DNA from: Eledone cirrhosa
Taxonomy: Eukaryota
Direction: 5' to 3'
Assembly (NCBI GenBank): GCA_964016885.1
Contig: OZ024741.1
Coordinates: 104,346,001 to 104,410,000, forward strand
Length of the DNA stretch: 64,000 nucleotides
The notes under the pieces were generated by a model, which saw nothing but the letters and a program-made list of their open reading frames with translations, was not told where the DNA came from and made no database searches. The position numbers were made by a program, and so were the translations under genes. Position 1 is the first letter of the stretch; each line of letters begins with the position of its first letter. Positions 25,485-38,264 of this stretch are shown here, piece after piece.

Positions 25485-25991
25485 GAGAGAGAGAGAGAGA
25501 GTATATAGAGAGAGAGAGAGAGAGTATATAGAGAGAGAGAGAGAGAGTATATAGAGAGAGAGAGAGAGAGTATATATATATATAGAGAGAGAGAGAGTAT
25601 ATATATAGAGAGAGAGAGAGAGAGAGTATATATATAGAGAGAGAGAGAGAGAGAGTATATATATAGAGAGAGAGAGAGAGTATATATATATAGAGAGAGA
25701 GAGAGAGTATATATATATAGAGAGAGAGAGAGAGTATATATATAGAGAGAGAGAGAGAGAGAGTATATATATAGAGAGAGAGAGAGAGAGTATATATATA
25801 GAGAGAGAGAGAGAGAGAGTATATATATATATAGAGAGAGAGAGAGAGTATATATATATATAGAGAGAGAGAGAGAGTATATATATATAGAGAGAGAGAG
25901 AGAGAGTATATATATATATAGAGAGAGAGAGAGAGTATATATATATATAGAGAGAGAGAGAGAGTATATATATATAGAGAGAGAGAGAGAG

Positions 25992-26024
<33 letters not shown>

Positions 26025-26068
26025 TATATATATATATATATAGAGAGAGAGAGGGTATATATATATAT
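24661..26068. repeat. 1.4-kb compound (TA)n(GA)n microsatellite array
   Basis: Directly visible. Confidence 0.98.
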
Positions 26069-26210
26069 GTAGAGTGTTTACTAATTAGTAACTGGAGCTG
26101 TGTTTGTGTCACTCCAATCAGCAATCCATCGTGTGAATAGAAAAAAGTACTCAACATCTCGTATCTTTGCAATTCTAATGTGGTATCACATGTGCAGTGC
26201 AAAGTTTACA

Positions 26211-26737
26211 TAGAATAATAATTGTTTCTACTTTTGGCACAAGGCCAGCAATTACACAGTAAGTTAACCTTGGCGTGATTTGAACTCAGAATGGCAAGGG
26301 GCGTAACTCTATGCGCCAAAGCAGTGTCCGACCCTCTACCGATACTGCCAATCCACCGCTAGAATAATAATTGTTTCTACTTTTTGCACAAGGCCAGCAA
26401 ATACCCAGTACATTACTGGTACTTTATTTTATCGACCCCGTAGGGATGACAGGCAAAGTTAATCTCAACGGGATTTGAACTCAGACCGTAAAGGGATGTA
26501 ACCATGCTTGAAAGCATGGCGTCCAACCCTCTACCAATATTGCCAATTGACCGCTAGAATAATAATTTTCTACTTTTTGGCACAAGGCCACCAATTATTA
26601 GTGTATTACTTGTACTTTATTTAACGACCTCGTAAGGATGAAAGGCAAAGTTGACCTCGGCGGGATTTGAACTCAGAATAGTCAATGCATGACGCCCGAC
26701 CCTCTACCGAAACTGCCAATCCACCAATCCACCGCCT
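26211..26737 (-). mobile_element. Head-to-tail trimer of a tRNA-derived SINE (family A)
   Basis: Three units, each reading on the minus strand gcggt...ttggcA (A-box-like) ... ctgagttcaaatc (B-box) ... ggccttgtgc..aaaagtagaaa..ttattattcta. Confidence 0.85.
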
Positions 26738-28649
26738 GTAGAATAATAATAATAATAAAATATGAAAATTAAATTTTCATAATTTCTTTTATGTAGCGTT
26801 TCTGTGGTGCCATTGTTATGCCATGGCTTCTTAGCAGTTTGAGCCAGTGGTGTTGGACAGAGGGGACAGAAGAATGCAAGAGGGCATCACCATTTTTCTA
26901 TTCTGTGGTGGGATACAACATGCAGCGATACTTTCTCCAGCAGCAGACCCAGGCATTGTTGCCCAACAAACCAAAGATCGCAAGTTGAAATATTGCCTAC
27001 TCTGTGATAGGTTTGGCACCAAAACTATAGCATTGGTGATTTCTGATGTGATTTCAAATTTCTGAGGTAATTTCAAACTTAAAGTTGGCCACCCACAGGA
27101 AAGAACCATATGAGTTTCAATGGCTATTTCAAAGTGTATCTTCACTATTCTCCTGAGTAACGCTTTCTCTATTCTGTCCGCTGATACCATGAGGCAGCTT
27201 ATCCTTGAGATTCTGCTCACTAGAGAGCGTTCCCCAATCAGGTCCGTATCATTGGGGTTGTGATGTTTGAGTACTTTTCTGATATTTTCATCATACAGCC
27301 CCTGTCTTACATAAACACGATGATAATAAAGATCCTAATCTTTATTATCATCATCCATACCATGGTTTTAATGTCGTTAAAATGTGTGGGGCCAATATAA
27401 TATGTACTATTCAAATACTGTCTGTACGAGTATTTAATCAACGATTATCACCCGCCTTTTCAATTTGGGAATAATTTATTCGGGTAAATGCAGTGATCTC
27501 CCTTGCATTGTTTATGTTTACTTATTTATTTATGAGTAACTTTAGAGAAATATATATTTGTCGCTGTGGATATATATATTTCACTTCAATTTATTATAAG
27601 TTTCCGGTTGGTTGGTTCGATAACCGGAAGGTTATTTATATATTGTCCAAACTCTATCGTCACACATTCTGTGACCTCCTCAGAGACTAGGTTTTTATTT
27701 TGTGACGCTCTTTTGTTCTAAGAAATCTCGCAAAACAAATTCAAAAACGAAAAGAAAAAGAAAAGACTTAAGCAACGAAAGAAAAGGAGAGGCGGGACAG
27801 ACACTACACCCCAGTCTAAGTAGCTGCAACACAGAGCTCTTTCCTCAAGCAGGCTGTTGTCTTTCTGATTTTAAGGAGGTAATCAGCAGTGCGGGGACCA
27901 AGGACACCAGAGGTCTCGACGGAGACCGATACAAAGAGGAAGCGGTCGGCCAAGCCCTGTTATTTATCTTCCTCTCACCTTCATTGTGGGCAGCAGAAAC
28001 CTGGTTTGTAGCCGAAGCGACAAGGCTGGATGCGGAGAACGAGTCGGTACAGCGCGTCCAAAATTATGGATTTACTTCTCTCGAAAGAGGAGAGGATTAA
28101 TTCGTCGTGGCTCCTTCTAATGATGTTCAGAGCAGTGTGTCGAAGGAGCCAGCCTGCATTAAGGCGGCAAGATAACCAGTGCAGATCGTATTTCGTCGAT
28201 AAATGCTCCACAACAGTATTTGTGTGGCTCACACACGCAGAGGCCGAGACACTGTCACTCCATTGCCGGTGCACTCTTCATAAAAAAAGGTACTGTTTGA
28301 TGAGGAAGGCACCAAATTGAGAGAAGAACGTAGACTCACTGCCACCACGACTACTGTGTTAATCTTCACGTCAATGATTTCTGGATTCTTAACTATGCAG
28401 AGTTATCTCCCTTTTATGATTTTCTATCGTTTAATAAGCACTGAGCCAACAAGGGAATATTCTACATAATCACTCTACTAGAAATAGCAGCCAAAGGTTC
28501 CCTCTAATCACACCCTACTATTGTCTTAAAATTTAGTGACATTGTTGTCCTGGACCCACCGATATCCTAACGATTAAAATCTGCTCACTAGACTGTCTAC
28601 CTTATTCTACATGCACTCACAGAAAAAAAGTAACATCTTAATTGTTGGT

Positions 28650-28792
28650 GATTGTTACGTCCTTTATGATCTGAGTTCAAATCCCGCCGAGGTTAACTTT
28701 GCCTTTCATCCTTACGGGGTCGATAAAATAAAGTACCAGTAATGTACTGGGTAATTGCTGGCCTTGTGCCAAAAGTAGAAACAATTATTAAC
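28650..28792 (+). mobile_element. SINE family A, 5'-truncated
   Basis: ctgagttcaaatcccgccgaggttaactttgcctttcatccttacggggtcgataaaataaagtaccag. Confidence 0.85.
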
Positions 28793-29271
28793 TAAATGTA
28801 TGAGCACGACGTCATCACCTCTCCTGTTTAGCCTCAAAACTTGATTGCCTGTTTAAAGCATGGAAAAAAGACATTAAACAGGGGTGTTTATATATATTTC
28901 AATTCAATTTGATTGTCTTCCGGGAGGTCCCACAGAATTCCCACACTCACCATATTCCACTTTGTCTATCATAAATGTCCTCAGCTCTTGTGTCTCAGTA
29001 GAACGTCAATGTAGGAGACGTTCTTCTTGCCTCAATGTATTCTTCCTTCTGTTGACTTCTGGAGAACCAGCTTGCTTGTGATTTCTTCATGACGTATGTA
29101 AGGGCCAGTGGATTTCATTCTCTGTTGTATAGAAATCTTGGATTGAATAACATTTATTGAAGAAACAAGTTTGTCAACTAAATTGTGTTTTTGAGATTTC
29201 TTGGTGAGAAAAAAACAAAACAAAAGTTGTTTATCTTGCAATATATTTGTTTTTGTTTTTCTCTTGTCTAG

Positions 29272-29340
29272 TACAGTGCTGTAGATAGCAGTCCTATTGG
29301 TCAATACATCACACATCCATTCTGGAATTGGGTTGTACAG
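29272..29340 (+). CDS. SELENOI: EPT1/SELENOI-like coding exon 2 (YSAVDSSPIGQYITHPFWNWVVQ)
   Basis: Polypyrimidine tract plus tag acceptor, gtgagt donor, 69 nt, phase 0/0; YSAVD...HPFWN motif of the CEPT/EPT family. Confidence 0.95.
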
Positions 29341-29967
29341 GTGAGTGTTGTCCAAGCATCTTTTCTCATTGATTATCACTTGTTTTATATAATACACCAC
29401 CATCTATTTTTAAATTGAATTTTTTGGCTTTAGAAAAATAGTCTAAATAATAGGGTATATAAGCCTCCATAATAGAAAAAATTGGCATTAGCACCTGGAT
29501 AATAGAAGAATTACTGGTCAGCAAGCATGTTGTGGGTTTGTGTCCTGCAGGTGCTAATGTTCATTTTTTTCTGTTAAGGGAGCTTATATGCTCTATTATT
29601 TGAGATTATTTTTCTGTAGTCAAAAAATTCAATGCTCTTTCTCAAATTTCAAATTTTGCTCATTTCTAAATATGTTCCTTTTGTTTATTTTGTTTAAATT
29701 TAAAACTCCTTTTAAAATCATACATAAAACGTTCTGTTATATTCCAAGCAACAGCTTCATAATTGCGAAGTTAATTATTTTATTAAATCCTTCCAAATTC
29801 ATTATTTAAAAAAATAAAACCACTTGGACAATGTATTTCATTAGAAATATATACACAAAAGAGTTAGAATAAAAATATGCACAATAGATTTAAAATTATA
29901 TACATTTGTAGAACCCTTGACCTAAAGAAAACATTTTTTAATGTTTTTTTCTTTTTGTTTTGTCTAG

Positions 29968-30160
29968 TTTGTTCCATTATGGCTGGCTCCAAATGCACTC
30001 ACTTTTGTTGGATTCCTTTTGCTTTTATGCAATTATATTATAATGACTTACTACGATACACAGTTTTATGCTTCTAGTCATGACCATCCTGATTATCCAC
30101 CAATACCAAATTGGGTGTGGTTAGTTTGTGCCTTGAATAATTTTATTTCTCACACTCTAG
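29968..30160 (+). CDS. SELENOI: EPT1/SELENOI-like coding exon 3 (FVPLWLAPNALTFVGF...FYASSHDHPDYPPIPNWVWLVCALNNFISHTL)
   Basis: tag acceptor, gtaag donor, 193 nt, phase 0/1; WLAPN-x-LT motif and transmembrane segments. Confidence 0.95.
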
Positions 30161-30294
30161 GTAAGTTGTGATTTGTTATGTTTTAATTACATAATCTCGC
30201 TAAACATCTGTTTGAGCATCCTTATGCCATTTCTATCCAAACAGCAAATCTGTATTTGGCTCACATTTCATTTTCATCCCTGTCGCATAGCAGT

Positions 30295-30550
30295 TATTAT
30301 GCAATTCATGCTTTCTGCGTTTCACTCTGAGAAAAAAAAAATTGTTTTTTTTTTGTTGCCAGTTGAGGCAACAACTCCTTGAACTTTTTCCACCATGTTC
30401 TTATTCTGGCTGCTATGTTTTCAGTACACCTATCTCCACTACTGATTAGATCACCTAGGTTACAGAAACTATCAATTACTTCCAGTGCACCTTCCAAGTT
30501 TTTGAATGTGTGTTTTTACTATTAATTATTCCTGTGCATCTGTAACTCCA
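30295..30550 (-). mobile_element. RTE fragment
   Basis: LEVIDSFCNLGDLISSG...ARIRT.WKKFKELLP. Confidence 0.8.
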
Positions 30551-31067
30551 CTATATTGATGGAGTTGTAGGGATGATATGGTGACATACAGTATTCCTTG
30601 GGCATTTAAAAAAACCTGGTAGAGACCATCTCTTCACCAGGTATGAATACAGCCGATTTCTTCCAGAGAGAGTGATAAAGAGGAAGTAAGAAAGAGATAC
30701 ACAGGAAGAATTGACCCGATTACTTGACTGATATTTTTTTTTTATTGACCTTGAAAGGATGAAAGTCAAAGTTAACTGTGGTGGGATTTAAACTCAGAGC
30801 ACAGTCAAAGTATTCTAGCCAACGTTCTAATGACTCTTCCCAAAACCTGCCCTATATAGGTTACACTCGGTACATTACTATATGGACTTGTCTCCCTTAC
30901 ACCAATGATTTTTAATAAGCTGCTCTCTCTCTCTTTTTTTTTTTTTGTCTCAAAGAAATAATTTGAATAAAGATTAAATATTTCATGTTTTTTTTTTTTT
31001 TAATGTCAATTTGTATGTGTTAGTGTGTGTGATGTAGAAACATTTGCACTTTTAATATTATTACTAT

Positions 31068-31460
31068 GGTGGTAGATTGGCAGAATCGGTAGAGCATCGG
31101 ACATGCTTTGCAGTAAATAGTTATAACCCATTATGTGAATTGGCAGTATCGGTAGAGGGTTTTCTAGCATAGTTACGTCCCTTTACAGTCTGAGTTCAAA
31201 TCCTGCCGAGGTTAACTTTGCCTTTCATCCTTACGGGGTCGATAAAATAAAGTACCAGTAATGCACTGGAAGCGATATAATCGACTTTCCCTATCCCTTC
31301 AAATTGCTGGCCTTGTACCAAAAGTAGAAACCATTATTATAAATAAACAAATAAATAATTAAGAAAAATTATTCAGAGGGATGAAAAAGTTGTTAAGTAC
31401 TGGGGTCAATTCAATCGCCTATCCCTTCCAAATTGCTGGCCTTGTGGCGTTGTTAGAATT
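31068..31460 (+). mobile_element. SINE family A copies (one near-complete at ~31135-31340 plus fragments)
   Basis: ttggcagtatcggtagag head, gagttcaaatcc B-box, shared body and tail. Confidence 0.8.
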
Positions 31461-31931
31461 ATCTAAGAATATTATTAGTAAGAGCAAATGTATTTAAATG
31501 ATGATGATCATCGTCTAACATCCATCTTCCACGCTAGCATGGGTAGGGCAATAATAATAATTGTTTCTACTTTTGACACAAGGCCAGCAATTTGGGGGAA
31601 TAATAATACTGCATAGTTTATATGAAGCATTGTGAGATATGTAATAAATGATAATGTTGAGAGAGCCTGTACAATGCAGATAGAAACATAAAGATGGAAC
31701 TGGTGTAGGGTAAAAAAAAAAAAAAGAATGACAAAACAATGTTTTTACCTTATATATTTCATGATATTTCAAGGTAAAGACCTTTTCAAATGACAAATGG
31801 AGAAAAACGAAGTGGCCTGTTCATGAAATATATAGGGTAAAAACATTTTTTTTTTGTTTACTTAACACCAATTCCATCTTTATATTTCAATTTGCATTGT
31901 ACCAGCTTTCCCAACACTCTTCATTAATGAT

Positions 31932-32445
31932 AATGGTTTCTGATTTAGACACAAGACCAACAATTTTGGAGGTAGGGAAGTCGATTAAATTGACCCCAGT
32001 GTGTTATTGGTGCTTTATTTTATTGACCCCATAAGGATGAAAGCCAAAGCTATCCTCAGTAGGATTAGCTTTGCCTTTCATCCCTATAGGAGTTGATTAA
32101 ATAAAGCACCATTAACACACTGGGGTTTGTTTAATTGACTTTCCTCTTTCCTTCAAATTACTGGCCTTGTACCAAATCTAGAAACAATAATAGTTTCTGA
32201 TTTAGGCACAAGGCCAACTTTTTTTGGAGAAGGGAAAGTCGATCAAATTGACCCCAGTGCATTACTGGTACTTTATTTTATTGACCCTGAAACGATGAAA
32301 GGAAAAGCTAACCCCGGCAGGATTAGCTTTACCTTTCATCCTTATGGGAGTCGATAAAATAAAGTACCAGTAACACACTGGGATTAGTTTGACTTTCTTC
32401 TTCCCTTCAAATTACTGACCTTGTGCCAAATCTTGAAACAGTTAA
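31932..32445. repeat. Two tandem ~255-bp palindromes, each made of head-to-head SINE-A 3' halves
   Basis: Centres aagctatcct-cagt-aggattagctt (~32058) and aaagctaacc-ccggc-aggattagcttt (~32315); arms are mutual reverse complements. Confidence 0.85.
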
Positions 32446-32498
32446 TAATAATAATAAAACAATATTATTAATTGATATGTCAATGTTTTGTTTTCCAG

Positions 32499-32761
32499 AT
32501 GGCATTGATGGGAAACAGGCTCGCCGAACTAATTCCAGTACACCCCTTGGAGAATTGTTTGACCATGGTCTTGATAGCTGGGCCACCCTATTTCTACCTA
32601 TTGCCATCTACTCTGTGTTTGGTCGTGGTGATTTCAGTGTTGGTGTATTTCACATCTATGCCATACTATTAGGTACAATGTTGAGTTTCATTAGTTCCCA
32701 TTGGGAAAAATACAACACAGGTGTCCTATTTCTACCATGGGGATATGATGCTAGTCAGATA
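32499..32761 (+). CDS. SELENOI: EPT1/SELENOI-like coding exon 4 containing the CDP-alcohol phosphotransferase motif
   Basis: cag acceptor, gtgagt donor, 263 nt, phase 1/0; [26 protein letters not shown] catalytic signature and [18 protein letters not shown]. Confidence 0.97.
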
Positions 32762-32954
32762 GTGAGTAAAACATTTTTCATTTATCTTTACTGTTATCTT
32801 TATTGCTTTTAGTCAATAGACAATGGTCATGTTGGACTTAGTTCAACACCAGTAAATATTTTATCAATCTCTTTTTGTTGAACTACTAAGTTATGGGGCA
32901 TAAGCACACACACACACCTATATATATATTCTGGAAGGTTTGGTAGAAATGGTA

Positions 32955-33965
32955 GACAGCTTCTGCTACCTATGATACCAAATTAGCAGCGCAGGTGGGT
33001 GTTCCGAAAGTATGATGGGATGGAAGAAGTTCAGGGAGCTACTACCATTGATAGCTACAAAAGGCTTTTCCCTCAAAATTAAAGGCAGACTGTACAACGC
33101 ATGTATATGAGCAGCTATGTTGCATGGTAGTGAGGCCTGGGCACACAGTTCCCAGGACTTACGAAGATTGGAAAGAAATAAAGCTTGCATGCTTTGATGG
33201 ATATGCAATAGTAATATTTGTGAACACAAAGCATAAACGAACTGAGAGAGAAAATAGGCATTAGAAGAATTATATGCAGTGTGCAGGAGAGGAGATTGCG
33301 TTGGTATAGACATGTGATGTGTATGAAGGATGACAGCTGTATAAAAAGGTGCAGAGTGCTCAATGTTGATGGAACCCATGGAGTAGGAAAATCCAAGAAG
33401 ACTTGGGATGAGGTGATAAAAGCTGACTTTGTACAATTGCTCCTCTCAAAGGACTGGGATCTCAGGCATTATGCAGTAATACAGAAGACCTGCCTTTCCA
33501 TGAGTACAGGCTGAAGCATACATGTAGTATTCACCCCTCCCGTCACCCCCCCCCCCCCCATGGGCACAGGCTGATGCATACATTTAGTATGTAACACCTT
33601 CACCTTTATCCCTCTTTCCATACACCTCCCATGTCCTAACACTGCCCCTCACACATGCTGATATACCCACCTCACTAATCATCATAACCTTCCCACCAAA
33701 ACCCCCAGCCCACACTGTAAAGTGGTTGTATAGGTGTCACAACAAAAAGCACCCTGACCACACTGTAAAGTGGGCTTGTAGGAGTCGCGACAAAAAGCAC
33801 CCAGTGCACACTGTAAATATGGTTGGTGTTATGAAGGGCATTCAGCCGCAGATACTAAATCAGAATCATTTTTGTATGGGCAAACATGGTCATCTGATCT
33901 GGCTTGTCTCACAATGGAACAACTATTGCTAACTCATGCTAACATGGAAAAATGGACATTAATCG
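32955..33965 (+). mobile_element. RTE 3' fragment (long-3'UTR type)
   Basis: GWKKFRELLP, LHGSEAW, LRWYRHV, GTHGVGKSKKTW; 3' UTR repeats. Confidence 0.88.
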
Positions 33966-34059
33966 TTCAACTTCTTCATTCCCTACTAGCAAAGGTTGGA
34001 CGGGTCTTCATAGACAAAGTCAGTACTGAAGCATTGCAGTTTGCATGCAGGCATCATGC

Positions 34060-34615
34060 AGTCTACTTTTCACTCTTAGAGAAAAGCTCTTTGTTGTTAG
34101 CAATGTTAACAGCTCTCTAATCTTCCTCCAGCCTGTTCTGATCTTGGCTATGACACATTCAGTGCATCCTTTCCTACTGTTAATTTCATTGCTTATTTAA
34201 CAAACGCTATCAACAACTTCTAAGGAGCCTCCCTGTCAACTGAACTATTTCATGTGTGTTCTTAGTGCTTATCTTTTCTGTTAAGCTGCTTGCAATCCGA
34301 CTACACCTCCTGTGTGTCCATAGGTTACACTGTGTGAATCTTATAGAATTTCTGCCCACTTTTTTCTGACATATCAACCAAGGCCACTTCCCTGACAGTA
34401 TCACCCTTCTATCCTTTTTCTTACTTAAGACTTTTGTCTTTGCTAAGTTTACTTTTAAGCCTTTTAACTCTAGGTTCTTCCAGGCCTGAAATTTTGTCTA
34501 ACTCTCCTATGGATTCAGCTATGAGGACTAAGTCATCAGTGTGTGGGAGCTCCCATGGAATGCCAGTTTTAAACTCCTTAGTGATGGCCTGAAGGACAAT
34601 GATAAACAGGAGTGT
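34060..34615 (-). mobile_element. RTE RT/PHD fragment
   Basis: EFKTGIPWELPHTDD, AKTKVL, SGKWPWLICQKKVGRNSI..WTHRRCS. Confidence 0.85.
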
Positions 34616-34959
34616 TTGTAGTAAGAAGACTGGGAAGACAACAATTAAGGCAGTATTCTATACATGATGAAAAGCACCCAATCCATTCTGTAAGATGATA
34701 GTGCTGGTGCCATGACAAAAAGCATCCAGTTGACCCTGTAATGGTATGGCTAGTGCCATGATCAAAAGCACCCAGTTCACCATGTAAAGTGATAGTGGAG
34801 TCACAAAAAGCTCTCAGTATATGCTATAAAGTAGTTGGTATTAGGAAGTACATCCATCTGTAGTAAGCTAAGCCAAAAATGAATTATGAGTAAGACATAG
34901 TCATGTTGCCTGTTTGACCTCATAATGTGACAGCAACAGCAAGAGACCTCAAGTAGTGG

Positions 34960-35330
34960 AGAAGAACAGGATGAAGTTTTGTAAAGGAGAACACAGCAAG
35001 CCAGCCATTGTAAGAAAAAAGACTGACTCAAAATGGGAAAGGATTTGGGAGGTCTCAGTTGACCTGGCTGGCAAATACCTCTTTCCCCTTTTTACCAGAG
35101 ACCTGCCCTCATCATGTGGTGCAAGTAAAGGAAGATAGTGGAGCCTTCAGTCACTTGGGAGATGAACATGGATGATGCATTCAACAGGAAGGCCAGGAAG
35201 TGGTTGAACTCTGTGAATGGGAGGCATCCTGTTTCCCTGTAGAGGTAGGTGTCAGAGGGTATTATTGGAGGCAGCTGAGAAACTGAGTTACTACGTGTGG
35301 CTCAGAAGAGCAGATGAATGGTGCACTTGA
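34960..35330 (+). mobile_element. Restriction-like-endonuclease LINE (HERO/NeSL-like) 3' remnant
   Basis: WEVSVDL..FP, FPVEVGVRG, AAEKLSYYVWLRR patterns of RLE domains. Confidence 0.55.
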
Positions 35331-35644
35331 CACATTCATAACACCAGACCCTTTGAATTTCATATTCTAATGCATTGAGGTGGACGGACTCACAACATCA
35401 GACTCGTGAATGTTTGTGCTGTTGTGATGGCGTTTCATCACCTACACAACTGGATGGCCTTGAGTAGCTCTGGTGTCACAGTGGAAAGAGCCTAAAGAGT
35501 TACTTCACTGCCTGATGTGACATCGATCCCTGCATTTGGAGACAGAGTACAACAGAACTCTTAGCACAGATCTGTGTTTACAAAACATTTATTAGATGAA
35601 TTTTATTAAATATATATAAGAATTGTGTTGGCCCTCTATTGGTT

Positions 35645-35940
35645 CTTACAACTAGTGTTCCAGTTATATTGGAATAGTCTGCTCAAGAAATTGATGTGGC
35701 TGAGCATTCCACCAACACATGTATCCTTAACATAGTTCTCAGGGAGGTTCAGTGTGAAAGTGTGTGACAAGGCCAACCCTTTGAATTACAGGTGCAGCTC
35801 ATTTTTTTCCAGCTGAGTGGATTGGAACAATGTGAAATAAAGTGTCTTACTCAAGAATAAAGGGTGCTGTTAGGAATCAAACTCACAACCTTACAATCAT
35901 TAGCTGAACACCCTAATCACAAAGCCATGAGTCTTCACAG
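35645..35940 (-). mobile_element. tRNA-derived SINE with a CORE-like central block (family B, diverged)
   Basis: Minus strand gtgaagactcatggct..tggttag-like head and cttgagtaagacactttatttcaca, matching 56962-57245. Confidence 0.7.
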
Positions 35941-36090
35941 AGAATTATTACTGAATATATTATAGTAGAAGCATGATTACTGAGAGTATGTATTGGAAGA
36001 AACATTACTAAGAATATGTATTGTATGAAGAATTATTGCTGAGAATTTCATGATATTGTGTATTATTTTTGTGTCTCTGTTTACTTGCAG

Positions 36091-36202
36091 GCAATGACAA
36101 TCTTTTATTTGGTAACATATTTCATTGGTTATGAAATGTGGAAGTTTACAGTTCCCATTTTTAACATTCCAGCATCTGTAATGGTGGAAATAATTGTACA
36201 TA
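36091..36202 (+). CDS. SELENOI: EPT1/SELENOI-like coding exon 5 (AMTIFYLVTYFIGYEMWKFTVPIFNIPASVMVEIIVH)
   Basis: ttgcag acceptor, gtaagt donor, 112 nt, phase 0/1; open hydrophobic frame with the Y..T...G.E.W pattern expected at this position. Confidence 0.88.
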
Positions 36203-36794
36203 GTAAGTTGTTAACTACTTTTCATTTCTAGCTTTATTTTTCTTGTATTTTTGTTTAACCCTAATGAAATGCGCTGTTTTAGCTAATTCATGAAGAATTT
36301 GGAGGGGTTTATTTATTTTCATTATTGATGGATCTTTTGTTGGCTTCAGCTTGAGCATTCCGTTGTTTGATCAACTGGTTATCCGCCTAATGAATTAATG
36401 TGTGACTGTGTATTCCACACATCTGTGTACCCTAAACATAATTCTTAGGCAGAATTAACGTGGCACAATAGGGAAGGAGACTGAAATTTGGAATTACAGG
36501 CCCAATTCATCTGATGGGTTTCCAGTTTCCTTCTACTCAACTTTACTTACAAAGCTTTGGTTAATCCAAGTCTATGGTAAAGATACTTGCCCAAGATGCC
36601 ATACAGTAAAATTGAACTCAAGACATCATGGGTGTGAAGCAAACTTCTTAACCACTCAGCTATGCTTGCGTCCAGATGGTATATATAAAATAACAAAAGA
36701 TTCCTGTATAAAATTATGTTGAAAGATTCTAATTCAAATAAGAACCCCTTAACAGGGGTGGTTTTGGGTGGGTTGGTATTAAAAGGTTTGTTTT

Positions 36795-37320
36795 CTTAGG
36801 CAATCAAATTAGCAGTGGGGGAGGATGCACCGAAAGTGTGATAGCTAGGATAAGAACAGGCTGGAAGAAGTTTAGAGATCTATTACTGCTGCTAACAAGA
36901 AAATGCTTTTATCTGATAGTGAAAGGTAGACTGTATGATGCCTGTGTGAACTGCAATGTTACATGGGCCTTGACTGCAGAAGGCCTGTGGTGGCTAGAAA
37001 GAAATGAGTTAAGTATGCTACTATGGATGTGTAATGTTAGTGTGCAGGAGCGACATAACATAAGCAAATAGAAGGAAAAATTTGGCATCAGAGGAATTGA
37101 ATATAGTGTACAAAAGAGAAAACTGCATAGGTAGGGACATGTGATGCACTTAAAAGGTAACAGCTGCTTAAAGGAATGGAGGGAAACCCCAGTTGCTGGG
37201 ACCTGTGGAAGAGGTAGACCCAAGAAGACATGGGATGAAGTTGTGAAGACCAACTTTAAAAAACTAAACCTTACAACAGAAATGACTAAAGATTATGAGG
37301 GCTGGTGCTATGCAGTTGCC
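36795..37320 (+). mobile_element. RTE 3' coding fragment
   Basis: ARIRTGWKKFRDLL, GRLYDAC, GRGRPKKTW. Confidence 0.85.
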
Positions 37321-38264
37321 TTTTCCTTGGACTACATTGCTAGTGTGGAGAGGGGAGACTAGTATGCATGGGTGATTGCTGGACTTATGCCTCGGATGGG
37401 AACTTTCTAGGTGCAAATCCCATGGTCATTCGTAACCAAAGGGGTCTTTACACTTTTATGTGTGTGTGTATATATCATCATCATCATCACCATTTAATGT
37501 CTATTTTTATATGCTCACAATGGGACTGCCATACCTTGCTCATAATGGGACCATGGTTAGGCTGGGTTTTATGGCTGCTGGATGCCCTTCTTAACACCAA
37601 CCACGTTTACAATGATGGAATTCTATAGTGAATTTCTTAACCACACAGCCATAGCTATGTATTAAAATTAATTTTCAATGTAATAAACAATATTTTAGAG
37701 GTGTTTTAATAAACTATATGTAACTCTACTTATTGGTGTATATATATATATATATATATAAAATCATCATCATTTTACACCTGTTTTTTTCTGCTTGTAT
37801 GTGCTGGATGGGTCTTTTACAGCATCTCTCCACTTGTCTACTGTGGGCCAGTACTTTTGAGACGTTTTTCTCAATAGTACCAAAAACTTTGTTTTAAAAG
37901 TATAAAAATATACAAAAACATACCAAATCCAATTACATAAATATGAAACCCCACAAATGTTAAAAAAAAGAAAATGTTTTACATTTACTTTATATATTTT
38001 AATCAAAAAGAAATATCTTCTTCCACACTTGCTGTACCCATTTTTTTCTTGCAGTTTGAGACAAAGTTGTTGTGAATGCTACTTAGTACAGTCAACATTT
38101 TGCAGCAGAGACTTTGATCTTAGCAGGGCATTTAAAGTTGTTTTTAAAGCATTGCGATTTTTTTGTTGTGTTGTTGAGAAGGGGTAACACTCTTTCTGCA
38201 GCTACTGAAGAATGTGGCAATAAATGAAGTTGCATCATGAACTTAGATAGTAATGGGTAGTGAT

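Noticed and set aside
24661-26202. N-terminal half of the 1011-aa ORF 23167-26202 as a novel low-complexity domain fused to RT
   Set aside because: It is the translation of a (TA)n(TC)n microsatellite that is almost unable to encode stops on this strand; only 24660-23167 is real LINE coding sequence
32423-32812. ORF 32423-32812 as a stand-alone gene
   Set aside because: Only 32499-32761 is exon; the flanks are SINE tail and intron read-through
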